Assembly (NCBI GenBank): GCA_947589095.1
Contig: CANQBX010000008.1
Span: 2,949 to 66,948 of the forward strand
DNA length: 64,000 bases
Direction: 5' to 3'
Source: an uncultured Lachnospiraceae bacterium
Lineage (GTDB): Bacteria > Bacillota > Clostridia > Lachnospirales > Lachnospiraceae
The position numbers were made by a program, and so were the translations under genes. Shown piece by piece: positions 17,891 through 27,366 of this stretch (the stretch's first letter is position 1; each line of letters starts with the position of its first letter). The notes beneath the pieces are model-generated. The model was not told the DNA's origin. It worked only from the letters and a program-made list of their open reading frames with translations, and did no database searches.

Positions 17891-19171
17891 ATGGGAATTA
17901 TCAAAGCTGTGGCGTCCGCGGTTGGCGGCGCTCTGGCCGACCAGTGGCTGGAGGTTATTGAGGCGGACGGTATGGGCGACCAGACTGTGTTTACCAAAGG
18001 GGTGGCGGTGCGGAGAGGCACGAACACGAAAGGGACGGAGAACACGGTGTCCAACGGCTCCGTGATCCATGTTTATCCGAACCAGTTCATGATGCTGGTA
18101 GACGGCGGCAAGGTCGTTGATTATACGGCGGAGGAAGGGTATTATACCGTGAATAATTCTTCTCTTCCGTCCCTGTTCAACGGACAGTTCGGCGATACGC
18201 TGAAGGAGTCCTTCAACCGTATCCGATACGGCGGCGTGACGCCGACCTCGCAGAAGGTATATTATGTAAATCTTCAGGAGATCAAGGGCATCAAGTTCGG
18301 AACCCGCAATCCGATCAACTATTTCGATACATTCTATAATTCCGAACTGTTTCTGAGGGCCCACGGCACTTACTCCATCAAGATCACCGACCCGCTTCTG
18401 TTCTACGCCGAAGTGATCCCGAAGAACGCGGATAAGGTAGAGATCGATTCCGTCAACGAGCAGTATCTGGATGAATTCCTGGAGGCGCTGCAGTCTTCCA
18501 TCAATCAGATGTCAGCCGACGGCACCCGCATTTCCTTCGTTTCTTCCAAGGCCCGCGAGCTGGGTAAGTATATGGCGGATACGCTGGATGAGGATTGGAA
18601 GCGGATGCGCGGCATCGAGATCCAGTCAGTGGGTCTGGCCAGCGTTTCCTACGACGAGGAGTCCCAGAAGCTCATCAATATGCGCAACCAGGGCGCGATG
18701 CTTTCCGACCCGACGGTGCGCGAGGGCTATGTCCAGGGCGCTGTGGCCCGCGGCATGGAAGCCGCCGGATCCAACGCGAACGGCGCTATGGCCGGCTTTA
18801 TGGGCATGGGTATGGGCATGAATGCGGGCGGCGGCTTTATGGGCGCCGCGTCCGCCTCCAATATGCAGCAGATGCAGATGCAGCAGAATGCGCAGACGGC
18901 CATGCGTCCGGCAGGCCAGGCAGCCGGAGCGGCGGGCAGTTGGACCTGCTCCTGCGGAGCGGTAAACACCGGCAAGTTCTGCAGCGAGTGCGGCAAGCCG
19001 GCTCCGGCACCCGCAGGTACCTGGACCTGCTCCTGCGGTACGGTGAATACCGGCAAGTTCTGCAGCGAATGCGGCAAGCCGGCCCCGGCCCCATCCGGAG
19101 AGTGGACCTGCTCCTGCGGAGCGGTGAATACCGGCAAGTTCTGCAGTGAGTGCGGCAAGCCGAGACAGTAA
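17891..19171 (+). CDS. SPFH/band-7 domain protein with C-terminal zinc-ribbon repeats (YdjI-like)
   Basis: NGSVIHVYPNQ, YYVNLQEIKGIKFGT, LRAHGTYS, GIEIQSVGLASVS; Gly/Met/Gln-rich linker; three CxC...CxxC repeats. Confidence 0.88.
   Translation: MGIIKAVASAVGGALADQWLEVIEADGMGDQTVFTKGVAVRRGTNTKGTENTVSNGSVIHVYPNQFMMLVDGGKVVDYTAEEGYYTVNNSSLPSLFNGQFGDTLKESFNRIRYGGVTPTSQKVYYVNLQEIKGIKFGTRNPINYFDTFYNSELFLRAHGTYSIKITDPLLFYAEVIPKNADKVEIDSVNEQYLDEFLEALQSSINQMSADGTRISFVSSKARELGKYMADTLDEDWKRMRGIEIQSVGLASVSYDEESQKLINMRNQGAMLSDPTVREGYVQGAVARGMEAAGSNANGAMAGFMGMGMGMNAGGGFMGAASASNMQQMQMQQNAQTAMRPAGQAAGAAGSWTCSCGAVNTGKFCSECGKPAPAPAGTWTCSCGTVNTGKFCSECGKPAPAPSGEWTCSCGAVNTGKFCSECGKPRQ
18941..19162 (+). repeat. 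Three 81-bp coding repeats (WTCSCGxVNTGKFCSECGKP)
   Basis: Units start at 18941, 19022 and 19103 and are nearly identical. Confidence 0.92.
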
Positions 19172-19201
19172 CAGAGCGGCGGTCTGACCGGGAGAATTAT
19201 T

Positions 19202-20314
19202 ATGGCGACAATAACATTTAAATGTCCTAATTGCGGAGGCGGGCTCCAGTTTGATCCCGCCTCTCAGAAGTATAAATGTGAATACTGCCTGTCGGCTTTT
19301 ACGCAGGAAGAGCTGGAACGGCTGCAGCCGGATGAGGCGGGAGATCAGAACGAGCAGGGGGCCGATGAGGGCGGCTTCGGTAATGCGGGCGCGCAGCCAG
19401 GCGCTCCGGGAGGCGCAGGCGGCGGAAAAGGCGGGAGCCGGGCTGTCATCTATACCTGCCCCAGCTGCGGCGCGGAGATCGTGACCGACGAGACTACGGC
19501 GGCCACCTTCTGCTTCTACTGTCACAATCCGGTGGTTCTGCAGGGGCGGCTGGACGGCGCTTATGAGCCGGATTATGTCGTGCCGTTCGCGATCGGCAAG
19601 GCGAAGGCCCGGGAAATCTTCCTGGGATGGCTGAAGAAGAAAAAATTCGTTCCGAAGTCTTTCTATTCGGAAGAACAGATCGAGAAGATGACGGGAGTTT
19701 ATTTCCCGTACTGGACATACAGCTGCCGGGCGGAAGGCCACCTGGAGGCGGAAGGCACCAAGGCGTCCCGCACCTGGGTACAGGGTTCTACCAGATATAC
19801 GGAGAACCAGCGGTATGGAATCGTGCGCGACGGCGAGATGAATGTGGAGCATGTCACCCGCAACGCCCTTAAGAAAGCGGACCGGAAGCTGGTGGAGGGC
19901 GTCATGCCCTTTGAGATGAAGGATATGAAGCCGTTTTCCATGGGGTATCTGTCCGGCTTCATGGCGGAGAAACGCGATATCGAGCACAGTGAGTTCGATC
20001 AGCAGGTGGAGGATGAGGTTCGCAACTACGCCTCTTCCAATCTGATGTCCAGTGTAAGCGAATATTCGAATGTCCAGACGCAGATACGTCAGGTGGAGCT
20101 GAGGGACGCCCGCTGGAACTACACGCTGATGCCCGTGTGGACGCTGACCTATAAGGACAGCGCAAGCGGACAGATCTATTATTTCGCGTGCAACGGCCAG
20201 ACCGGCAAGGTGTGCGGGAAGCTGCCCATCGATAAGGTGAAGCTGGGTATCTTCTTCGCGGAGATCTTCGCGCCGCTGTTCGCGGTGCTGCTGTTCGTGG
20301 GGTATTTTCTATGA
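19202..20314 (+). CDS. Double zinc-ribbon membrane-anchored protein (YdjG-like)
   Basis: CPNCGG...CEYC and CPSCGA...CFYC; VYFPYW; NGQTGKVCGKLP; C-terminal TM. Confidence 0.8.
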   Translation: MATITFKCPNCGGGLQFDPASQKYKCEYCLSAFTQEELERLQPDEAGDQNEQGADEGGFGNAGAQPGAPGGAGGGKGGSRAVIYTCPSCGAEIVTDETTAATFCFYCHNPVVLQGRLDGAYEPDYVVPFAIGKAKAREIFLGWLKKKKFVPKSFYSEEQIEKMTGVYFPYWTYSCRAEGHLEAEGTKASRTWVQGSTRYTENQRYGIVRDGEMNVEHVTRNALKKADRKLVEGVMPFEMKDMKPFSMGYLSGFMAEKRDIEHSEFDQQVEDEVRNYASSNLMSSVSEYSNVQTQIRQVELRDARWNYTLMPVWTLTYKDSASGQIYYFACNGQTGKVCGKLPIDKVKLGIFFAEIFAPLFAVLLFVGYFL

Positions 20315-21279
20315 GAAGTTTGAGAAAGATAGGATTATATAAAAAATGGACTGGCGCGGCGCGGGCGTCTGTGGTAAAATGGTGCATCGCGGCGGCGCTT
20401 TGTATGGCGATGGCCGTACTGCCGGGGATGCTTTTGGGGGAACAGGCGGCGGAATGGCTGCCCGGCCGGGGATCGTTCGGCGCCGTGGAGGCGTGGGCGG
20501 CCGGAACCCGCGTCTTCGACGATGCCGGGCTTTTCAGCACGAGCGAGATCGAAGAGCTGGAGGACGCGATCTACGAGGCCCGCGGCGCGGCCGATTTCGA
20601 CGTGGCGGTGATGACGACGGACGACGCGGAGGGCAAGAGCGCCCGGATGTACGCGGCGGACCGCTATGATGAGCTTGGTCTTGGCGAGGGTTCGGATCAC
20701 AGCGGCGTAATGTACCTGATCGACATGGATAACCGGGAGATCTATCTGCTGACGACCGGGAAGGCGATCCGGATCCTTACGGATGACCGCGTCGACGCGA
20801 TCCTGGACGCGGCTTACGAAGAGATCTCAAACGGCAATTATGCCGCCAGTGCGGAGACAGCCCTTGAAAATGTGGTCTATTACGCGAAGAAGGGCGTGGT
20901 TTCCGGCCAATATAATTATGACGAGGAAACCGGCCGGATCAGCATTTACCGCTCGGTCAGCGTGATAGAGTTTCTGCTGGCGTTTGTTATAGCCGCGGCG
21001 GTGGCCGGCGGAGCGGCGATGGCGGTGAAGCGCGAGTACAATATGGAAGTGACGCCGTCCCAGCTCGCCAATTATAATATGGCTTACCGGAATACCAGTG
21101 ATTTCCGGGTAGCGAATCGCGCGGATCAGCTGCTGGGAACGTTCGTGACAACCATGCTGATCGCCAACGCGGTGTCAAACGCGGGCCATGGCGGGCATTC
21201 CGGCGGTTCTTCCGGCCGCAGCACCACCTTCCATGGGAGCAGCGGAAGGAGCCATGGCGGCGGCGGGCGGAAGTTCTGA
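20311..21279 (+). CDS. TPM-domain membrane protein (YdjH-like)
   Basis: VFDDAGLFS, YLIDMDNREIYLLTTG, ILTDDRVDAILD; TM; Gly/Ser/His-rich tail ending GGGGRKF; ATGA overlap with upstream gene. Confidence 0.88.
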   Translation: MRSLRKIGLYKKWTGAARASVVKWCIAAALCMAMAVLPGMLLGEQAAEWLPGRGSFGAVEAWAAGTRVFDDAGLFSTSEIEELEDAIYEARGAADFDVAVMTTDDAEGKSARMYAADRYDELGLGEGSDHSGVMYLIDMDNREIYLLTTGKAIRILTDDRVDAILDAAYEEISNGNYAASAETALENVVYYAKKGVVSGQYNYDEETGRISIYRSVSVIEFLLAFVIAAAVAGGAAMAVKREYNMEVTPSQLANYNMAYRNTSDFRVANRADQLLGTFVTTMLIANAVSNAGHGGHSGGSSGRSTTFHGSSGRSHGGGGRKF

Positions 21280-21316
21280 GACACCCGGATGGATATGGTT
21301 TGGAGGGAATACGCAC

Positions 21317-22018
21317 ATGCAGGCAATTCTACTGGCCGGCGGTCTGGGAACCCGCTTAAAGAGCGTGGTCAGCGACCGGCCGAAGCCGATGGCCCTGATC
21401 CAGGACAAGCCGTTTATGGAGTATGTGATCCGTGAGTTAAAGGCCAGCGGCATCGACGACATCATTTTCGCCGTGGGTTATAAGGGTTCCATGGTGGAGG
21501 ATTATTTTGGAAGCGGTTCCGCTTTCGGGATCCGCGCGTCCTATGCCTATGAGGAGACCCTTCTGGGCACGGCCGGCGCCATCCGGAACGCGGCCCGACA
21601 TATGGCCGGCGACGAGGTATTTGTGCTGAACGCGGATACATTTTACAGGATCGATTATGCACGGATGGCAGACATAAAATCCGAAAAGCAGCTTGCTATG
21701 GCGCTGGTGCTGCGGCAGGTGCCGGATATCAGCCGATACGGAGAAGCGACGCTTACGAACGGCATTCTGACGGGCTTTAATGAAAAAAGCAGCGAAGCGC
21801 GTCCGGGAACCATTAACGGCGGCGTCTATCTGCTGAGCCGGGAACTGATCGGACAGATTCCGGAGGGCAAGGTATCTCTGGAAAACGACATGATCCCTAA
21901 GTGGCTGGCGGAAGGCCGGCGCATCGGCGGCTTTGTCAACGAAGGATATTTTATTGACATCGGGATCCCGCAGGATTATTTCCGTTTTATCGACGATGTG
22001 ACGGGCGGAAAGATCTGA
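21317..22018 (+). CDS. hddC: Sugar-phosphate nucleotidyltransferase, probably heptose 1-phosphate guanylyltransferase
   Basis: AILLAGGLGTRL, PKPMA, LGTAGAI, INGGVY, FIDIGIPQDY; adjacent to hddA/gmhB/gmhA; start 21317 after GGAGGG. Confidence 0.82.
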   Translation: MQAILLAGGLGTRLKSVVSDRPKPMALIQDKPFMEYVIRELKASGIDDIIFAVGYKGSMVEDYFGSGSAFGIRASYAYEETLLGTAGAIRNAARHMAGDEVFVLNADTFYRIDYARMADIKSEKQLAMALVLRQVPDISRYGEATLTNGILTGFNEKSSEARPGTINGGVYLLSRELIGQIPEGKVSLENDMIPKWLAEGRRIGGFVNEGYFIDIGIPQDYFRFIDDVTGGKI

Positions 22019-22046
22019 CAGAAGCGGTCAGGAAAGGAGTCGTTCC

Positions 22047-23117
22047 ATGGTAATCAGAGGCAGGGCCCCGCTGCGCGTCAGCTTCGGCGGCGGCGGTACC
22101 GATGTATCACCCTTCTGCGAGGAGCAGGGCGGCGTGGTCATCGGCAGCACCATTAACAAATACGCTTACTGTTCCATCGTCCCCCGCGGCGATGAGCAGA
22201 TCATCGTCCATTCCCTGGACTTTGATATGACGGTCAAATACAATACCCGGGAGAATTATGTCTATGACGGCCGGCTGGATCTGGTGACGGCGGCGCTTAA
22301 GGCCATGGACATCAAACAGGGCTGCGAGGTATACCTCCAGTGCGACGCGCCTCCCGGTTCCGGTCTGGGCACTTCCTCCACGGTCATGGTTGCGCTTCTG
22401 TCGGCCATGGGCCGGTGGAAGGGGATCGAGATGGATTCCTACGCCCTGGCGGATCTGGCCTATCAGGTGGAGCGGGAGGATCTGGGCATTGAAGGCGGCT
22501 ATCAGGATCAGTATATGTCCACCTTCGGCGGGTTCAATTTCATTGAATTCCATGGGCGGAACAATGTGGTGGTAAACCCTCTGCGCATCCGCAAGGACAT
22601 TTACCATGAACTGCAGTACAACCTGCTGCTGTGCTATACCGGCGGCATCCATGTGTCCGCCAACATCATAAAGGATCAGGTCAGCAATTACGCGAAGAAG
22701 GATGCCTTCGACGCCATGTGTGAGGTGAAGGCACTGGCCTACGCGATGAAGGACGAGCTTCTGAAGGGGAATCTGAACAGCTTCGGCAGGCTCCTGGATT
22801 ACAGCTGGCAGAGCAAGAAACGCATGAGCAGCCGGATCTCCAATCCTCAGATCGATATGCTTTACGACGAGGCCGTTAAGGCGGGGGCGCTGGGCGGCAA
22901 GATCCTGGGAGCCGGCGGCGGCGGGTATCTATTGATGTACTGCCCCTACAATGTGCGCCATAAGGTGGCGGAACGGCTGGAGGCGGCCGGCGGCCAGCTG
23001 ACCGACTGGGTCTTTGAACTGCGTGGCGCCCAGGCATGGACGGTGGACGAGGAACGGTGGAATTACGGCCGGGTGCAGGTTCGGACGGCCAACGGAGAGT
23101 ACGAGTTTCCAGTGTGA
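22047..23117 (+). CDS. hddA: GHMP kinase, D-glycero-D-manno-heptose 7-phosphate kinase
   Basis: RAPLRVSFGGGGTD, PPGSGLGTSS, GGYQDQY, GGKILGAGGGG. Confidence 0.9.
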   Translation: MVIRGRAPLRVSFGGGGTDVSPFCEEQGGVVIGSTINKYAYCSIVPRGDEQIIVHSLDFDMTVKYNTRENYVYDGRLDLVTAALKAMDIKQGCEVYLQCDAPPGSGLGTSSTVMVALLSAMGRWKGIEMDSYALADLAYQVEREDLGIEGGYQDQYMSTFGGFNFIEFHGRNNVVVNPLRIRKDIYHELQYNLLLCYTGGIHVSANIIKDQVSNYAKKDAFDAMCEVKALAYAMKDELLKGNLNSFGRLLDYSWQSKKRMSSRISNPQIDMLYDEAVKAGALGGKILGAGGGGYLLMYCPYNVRHKVAERLEAAGGQLTDWVFELRGAQAWTVDEERWNYGRVQVRTANGEYEFPV

Positions 23118-23193
23118 CGGGCGTCTGAGGGGCTTTCGGCAGGAACAGGCCGCGGCCGGCGGGAGAAAGCGGGACACAGAAGGAATGGAACGC

Positions 23194-23787
23194 ATGACAG
23201 AAAATACAGGAAGAGTCGTATTTTTGGACAGAGACGGAACCATCAACGAGGAGGTTCATTATCTTCATAGACCGGAGGAGCTGCGTCTCCTTCCGGGCGC
23301 GGCGGAGGCCATCCGGATGCTGAAGGAAGCGGGCTTTACGCTTATCGTAATCACCAATCAGGCGGGCGTAGCCAGAGGCTACTATACCTGCGGCGACGTA
23401 GAGGCGCTGCATGCTTATATGAATGAGCAGCTGCTGAAGGAGGGCGGCTTTATCGACGCGTTCTATTATTGTCCGCATCATCCGGTTTACGGGATCGGCA
23501 GATATAAGGTGGTCTGTCATTGCCGTAAGCCGGATACAGGCATGTTTGAGGCGGCCGGCAGGGATTTTACCGTGGACAGGAACCATTCGTACATGATCGG
23601 CGATAAGAAGCTGGATATCGAAGCGGGACATAATTATGGAGTCGAGTCCATCCTGGTGGGTACCGGTTACGGCGCGGAACTGAAGAAAGAGGCGGAGGAA
23701 CAGGGGGAAGAGCCGTTTTACGATTATTATGCGGCGGATCTGAAGGCAGCCGCACGATATGTTATAGAGAAGGAATCCGCGAGATAA
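23194..23787 (+). CDS. gmhB: Heptose 1,7-bisphosphate phosphatase
   Basis: FLDRDGTIN, TNQAGVARG, YYCPHHP...CHCRKP, MIGDK...DIEAG. Confidence 0.93.
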   Translation: MTENTGRVVFLDRDGTINEEVHYLHRPEELRLLPGAAEAIRMLKEAGFTLIVITNQAGVARGYYTCGDVEALHAYMNEQLLKEGGFIDAFYYCPHHPVYGIGRYKVVCHCRKPDTGMFEAAGRDFTVDRNHSYMIGDKKLDIEAGHNYGVESILVGTGYGAELKKEAEEQGEEPFYDYYAADLKAAARYVIEKESAR

Positions 23788-23831
23788 TATTTTATAGAAA
23801 GGACTCCGGCCCGGGCGGCCGGAAATACAAT

Positions 23832-24467
23832 ATGACTGAACAATACTATCTGGAGAATTTGATCGAAAGATATCCGCAGCTGGCGTCCGTACGCGGTTCC
23901 GTCAGCCGGGTCTACGATATTCTGTGCAGCGCGTTCGCGTCAGGCGGTAAGCTTCTGGTCGCGGGCAACGGCGGCAGTGCGGCCGATGCGGAGCATATAG
24001 TCGGCGAACTGATGAAGAGCTTTGTGAAATCCAGACCTGTACCGGAGCAAATGGCCGAACGTATGCGCGCCGTCGACTGGGAATGCGGCAGCCGGCTTGC
24101 CGGAAGCCTGGAGGGCGCCCTGCCGGCGATCGCCCTGACAGGCCAGCTGGGTCTTTCGACCGCGTTTCTGAATGATGTGGACGGCAGCATGGTCTACGCC
24201 CAGCAGGTCTACGGATATGGCCGTGAGGGCGATGTGTTTTTCGGCATCTCCACATCCGGCAATGCGAAGAATGTATATCTGGCCTGCGTTGCGGCGAAAG
24301 CGAAGGGGATGAAGGCAGTGGGACTGACCGGACGGGACGGCGGAAGGCTGGCCCGTGTCGCCGACGCATCCATTATCGTGCCGGAGCAGGAGACCTACAG
24401 GATCCAGGAGCTGCATCTTCCGATCTACCACACGCTCTGCCTGATGCTGGAGGAGCATTTCTTCTGA
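23832..24467 (+). CDS. gmhA: Phosphoheptose (sedoheptulose 7-phosphate) isomerase
   Basis: AGNGGSAADAEH, ISTSGNAKNV, GLTGRDGG, RIQELH. Confidence 0.93.
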   Translation: MTEQYYLENLIERYPQLASVRGSVSRVYDILCSAFASGGKLLVAGNGGSAADAEHIVGELMKSFVKSRPVPEQMAERMRAVDWECGSRLAGSLEGALPAIALTGQLGLSTAFLNDVDGSMVYAQQVYGYGREGDVFFGISTSGNAKNVYLACVAAKAKGMKAVGLTGRDGGRLARVADASIIVPEQETYRIQELHLPIYHTLCLMLEEHFF

Positions 24468-24555
24468 CGCCGAAAGCCGGCGTCTGCGGGCTGTTGCGGC
24501 TGAGACGGATATTCCGGAACAGATGGCCGTTTTTGCGGCATAATAAGGAGAAGCT

Positions 24556-25482
24556 ATGAAGTTTCATGCATTTGTGATCTGCGCGTATGGTGACTCGCCG
24601 TATCTGGAGTCATGCGTCCGCTCCCTTATGGGACAGACGATGGAGTCCGACATCATCTGCGCGACTTCCACGCCGAGTCCTTATATCGACGGTATTATGA
24701 GCAGATACGGAATCCCGGTCGCGGTGCGGGACGGAAAGAGCGATATTCAGGACGACTGGAATTTTGCGCTTGCCCAGGCGGACGCGGCCTATGTGACCAT
24801 TGCCCATCAGGATGATATGTACGCGCGCCATTATGTGGAGGAACTGTGGAACGCTTATGCGAGATGGCCGGATATGACGGTTTTTATGACCGACGCGGTG
24901 ACGGTGCGGCAGCCGTCCGAAGCCGCTGTGCTGTCCGGTGTGACAGGAGCCGCTGCGCCGGCCGGCGGAGAGAGGTCCGCTGCGTTATCCGGCGGAGAGC
25001 CGGCGGGGCGCCCGAAGCATCCTGCTTCAGGCCGCCTGGTATATTTCAGCACCAAGAATCTGATCAAGAAGATCCTGCGGCTGCCCCTGCGCCTCCATTC
25101 TCTGGCAGACCGGGAGTGGGTGAAGCTGGCTGCGCTGCGCTTCGGGAATCCCGTCATGTGTCCGTCCTGCGCCTACCGGAAAGGATATCTGCCGGATCCC
25201 ATATTCCATTCGGAATACCGTTTTGCCCTGGACTGGGACAGCCTGGCGGACATGGCCGCGTGGCCGGGACGGTTCATATGCGTGGAGAAGCCGCTTCTGT
25301 TCTACCGCGTACACGACGGCGCGGAGACAAAGGCGTGTATTGAGAGTCATCTGCGTGAGAATGAAGAGCGCCGGATGTTTCAGCGGTTCTGGCCGGATCG
25401 ATTCGCTGAGGCGCTGATGCGTTATTACAGGAGATCCTATGATGAATATGGGAAGGCGCTGAGAGGAGACACGGATGGATAA
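24556..25482 (+). CDS. GT2-family glycosyltransferase with a low-complexity insertion
   Basis: ICAYGDSPYLESC, AHQDDMY (DxD-like), ALDW, LLFYRVH. Confidence 0.88.
   Translation: MKFHAFVICAYGDSPYLESCVRSLMGQTMESDIICATSTPSPYIDGIMSRYGIPVAVRDGKSDIQDDWNFALAQADAAYVTIAHQDDMYARHYVEELWNAYARWPDMTVFMTDAVTVRQPSEAAVLSGVTGAAAPAGGERSAALSGGEPAGRPKHPASGRLVYFSTKNLIKKILRLPLRLHSLADREWVKLAALRFGNPVMCPSCAYRKGYLPDPIFHSEYRFALDWDSLADMAAWPGRFICVEKPLLFYRVHDGAETKACIESHLRENEERRMFQRFWPDRFAEALMRYYRRSYDEYGKALRGDTDG
24922..25002 (+). repeat. Three imperfect 27-bp in-frame tandem repeats in the GT2 gene
   Basis: gccgctgtgctgtccggtgtgacagga / gccgctgcgccggccggcggagagagg / tccgctgcgttatccggcggagagccg, encoding AAVLSGVTG / AAAPAGGER / SAALSGGEP. 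Confidence 0.7.
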
Positions 25483-27349
25483 GAAAAATGCAGTATACAG
25501 AAAACGCTCTATGGTCTGGAGATACCGCTGGAAGGAGGAGGCGTTAGCCTATCTGACGCTGCTGTCCTTCGGGTTTCTCATTAACGCTTCGGTTCAGATC
25601 AAGGGTCTGTTCCTGGATGATCTGTATGTCTGGTACTGGTTTGCCGAGGGCCCTTTCATGGAATATGTGTTTCCTATAGGGAGCACGCGTTTCCGCGCCC
25701 TCTATAATTTTATATCTTATCTGGAGTACTTCTTTGTCGGGAACCATATGAACTGGTTTGTTCCGATCAATATCATCGTGAATTCGATGATCGCCTATAC
25801 GGTTTACCGTATGGCGCGCCGTCTGTCCGACAGCGGCCTGATCGGCTTTGTGAGCGCCGTCCTCTATCTGCTGTCGAGGATGTCCTACTATCAGATCGGC
25901 CAGGTATACGGGATGATGGAAAGCCTGGCTCTGTGGACGGCGATCGCGCTTCTGTATTGTCTGTATTATTATCTGAATAATAAAGAAAGCGGAGAGATCT
26001 GTTACTGGGCGGCCTGCGGCCTGTATTTTGCCAACTGCTTTATTCATGAGCGTTATATGGTGCTGGTTCCGCTGTTTTATCTCACGCTGCTTTTCCGCCG
26101 GGAAAGGAAGCTCCTGAAATGGCTGGTTCCGGCTGCGCTGTTTCTGCTCGTGCAGCTTATACGATTCCTGACGATCGGCACGGTGCTTCCGGCCGGAACG
26201 GGCGGAACCTTTGTAGCGGAAACATTCAGCGCCCGCCAGACCCTGTATTTTATCTTTCAGCAGGTCATGCATCTGTTCGGCGTAAATCTGGGAGGCGAGT
26301 GGCTGTGCCCGCAGCCCTGGAACCAGACGGCGCTGTGGGTAAAGCTGGTGGTAGCCGCTCAAGATCTGACGCTTCTTGTGGTGGTGCTGCTGTTTGTCGT
26401 GAAGATAATAAAGGACCGGGAGAACCGGGCGGCATATCTTCGCAGCGCAGCGCTGTTTATCTTTTTCATCGGGTTTTGTATCCTCTCATCCAGCGTTACG
26501 GTGCGCGTAGAGGTGCGGTGGGTCTATGTATCGATGACCGCGGCGCTTTTGTTCCTTTCCTACATGTGCGGTGTGATATCCAAACATGAGAAGGCTGGCA
26601 AAGCGCATTTTGAGAAAGACGTCGTTCACAGCGGCGGGGTTGCCGTCAGCGTCTGCCTTGTGCTTGTATATGCCGCTCTGTCCTTTTTGTCCGAGACGTA
26701 TTACCGGAGCTATTATACGAAGCTCTATTTCTGGTATCCCCAGCAGGAGTATAATTCGCTGGCCGAGGAGACCTGGGGGAAGTACGGGGAGGATATATTC
26801 GGGAAGAAGATCTACATCCTGAAAAATACCTATGGCGTCAGCAGGTTTAATGCCGATACTTTCTTCAGAACCTTCGACAAGGAGCGGAAGGCGGAGGGGA
26901 CGGAGGTGATCTTCGCGGACAGTATCCGTGATTTCGGCCTGGTGACCAATAACATGATCATCCTGCGTGAGAACCCGGAGGCGCATGAATACCAGGACAT
27001 CACAACCCTGGTAAAAGAACTAAAGTGCGAGCCTGTTTACGGATACTATGAAGACGGATGGATGGACGAAAACGCGAAGGTGCGCGTTATGGCGGGGAGC
27101 ACCGGCCGGATCGATCTGGAATTACTGTATCCGGGCGTCATGACAGGCGGCGAGACCATGACGATACGCATGGACGGGAAGACGGCGGAGACGGTCGACA
27201 TCGACCAGAGCATTCTCTACGTATCCCTTCAGGCTGCGCCGTATCAGACGGTGGAGCTGGAATTCGAGAATAACTTTTATCTGGAAGACGCCCTGGAACA
27301 GAGGAGCGAGGACAGATTATCCATTATTGTGAATATTACGGCAGATTAG
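25475..27349 (+). CDS. Polytopic membrane protein, GT-C-like glycosyltransferase candidate
   Basis: Acidic LFLDDLY motif after TM1; about 10-12 TM segments; soluble C-terminal domain; lies in the glycan locus. Confidence 0.7.
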   Translation: MDKKNAVYRKRSMVWRYRWKEEALAYLTLLSFGFLINASVQIKGLFLDDLYVWYWFAEGPFMEYVFPIGSTRFRALYNFISYLEYFFVGNHMNWFVPINIIVNSMIAYTVYRMARRLSDSGLIGFVSAVLYLLSRMSYYQIGQVYGMMESLALWTAIALLYCLYYYLNNKESGEICYWAACGLYFANCFIHERYMVLVPLFYLTLLFRRERKLLKWLVPAALFLLVQLIRFLTIGTVLPAGTGGTFVAETFSARQTLYFIFQQVMHLFGVNLGGEWLCPQPWNQTALWVKLVVAAQDLTLLVVVLLFVVKIIKDRENRAAYLRSAALFIFFIGFCILSSSVTVRVEVRWVYVSMTAALLFLSYMCGVISKHEKAGKAHFEKDVVHSGGVAVSVCLVLVYAALSFLSETYYRSYYTKLYFWYPQQEYNSLAEETWGKYGEDIFGKKIYILKNTYGVSRFNADTFFRTFDKERKAEGTEVIFADSIRDFGLVTNNMIILRENPEAHEYQDITTLVKELKCEPVYGYYEDGWMDENAKVRVMAGSTGRIDLELLYPGVMTGGETMTIRMDGKTAETVDIDQSILYVSLQAAPYQTVELEFENNFYLEDALEQRSEDRLSIIVNITAD

Positions 27350-27366
27350 AAAGGACTGCGGAGATT

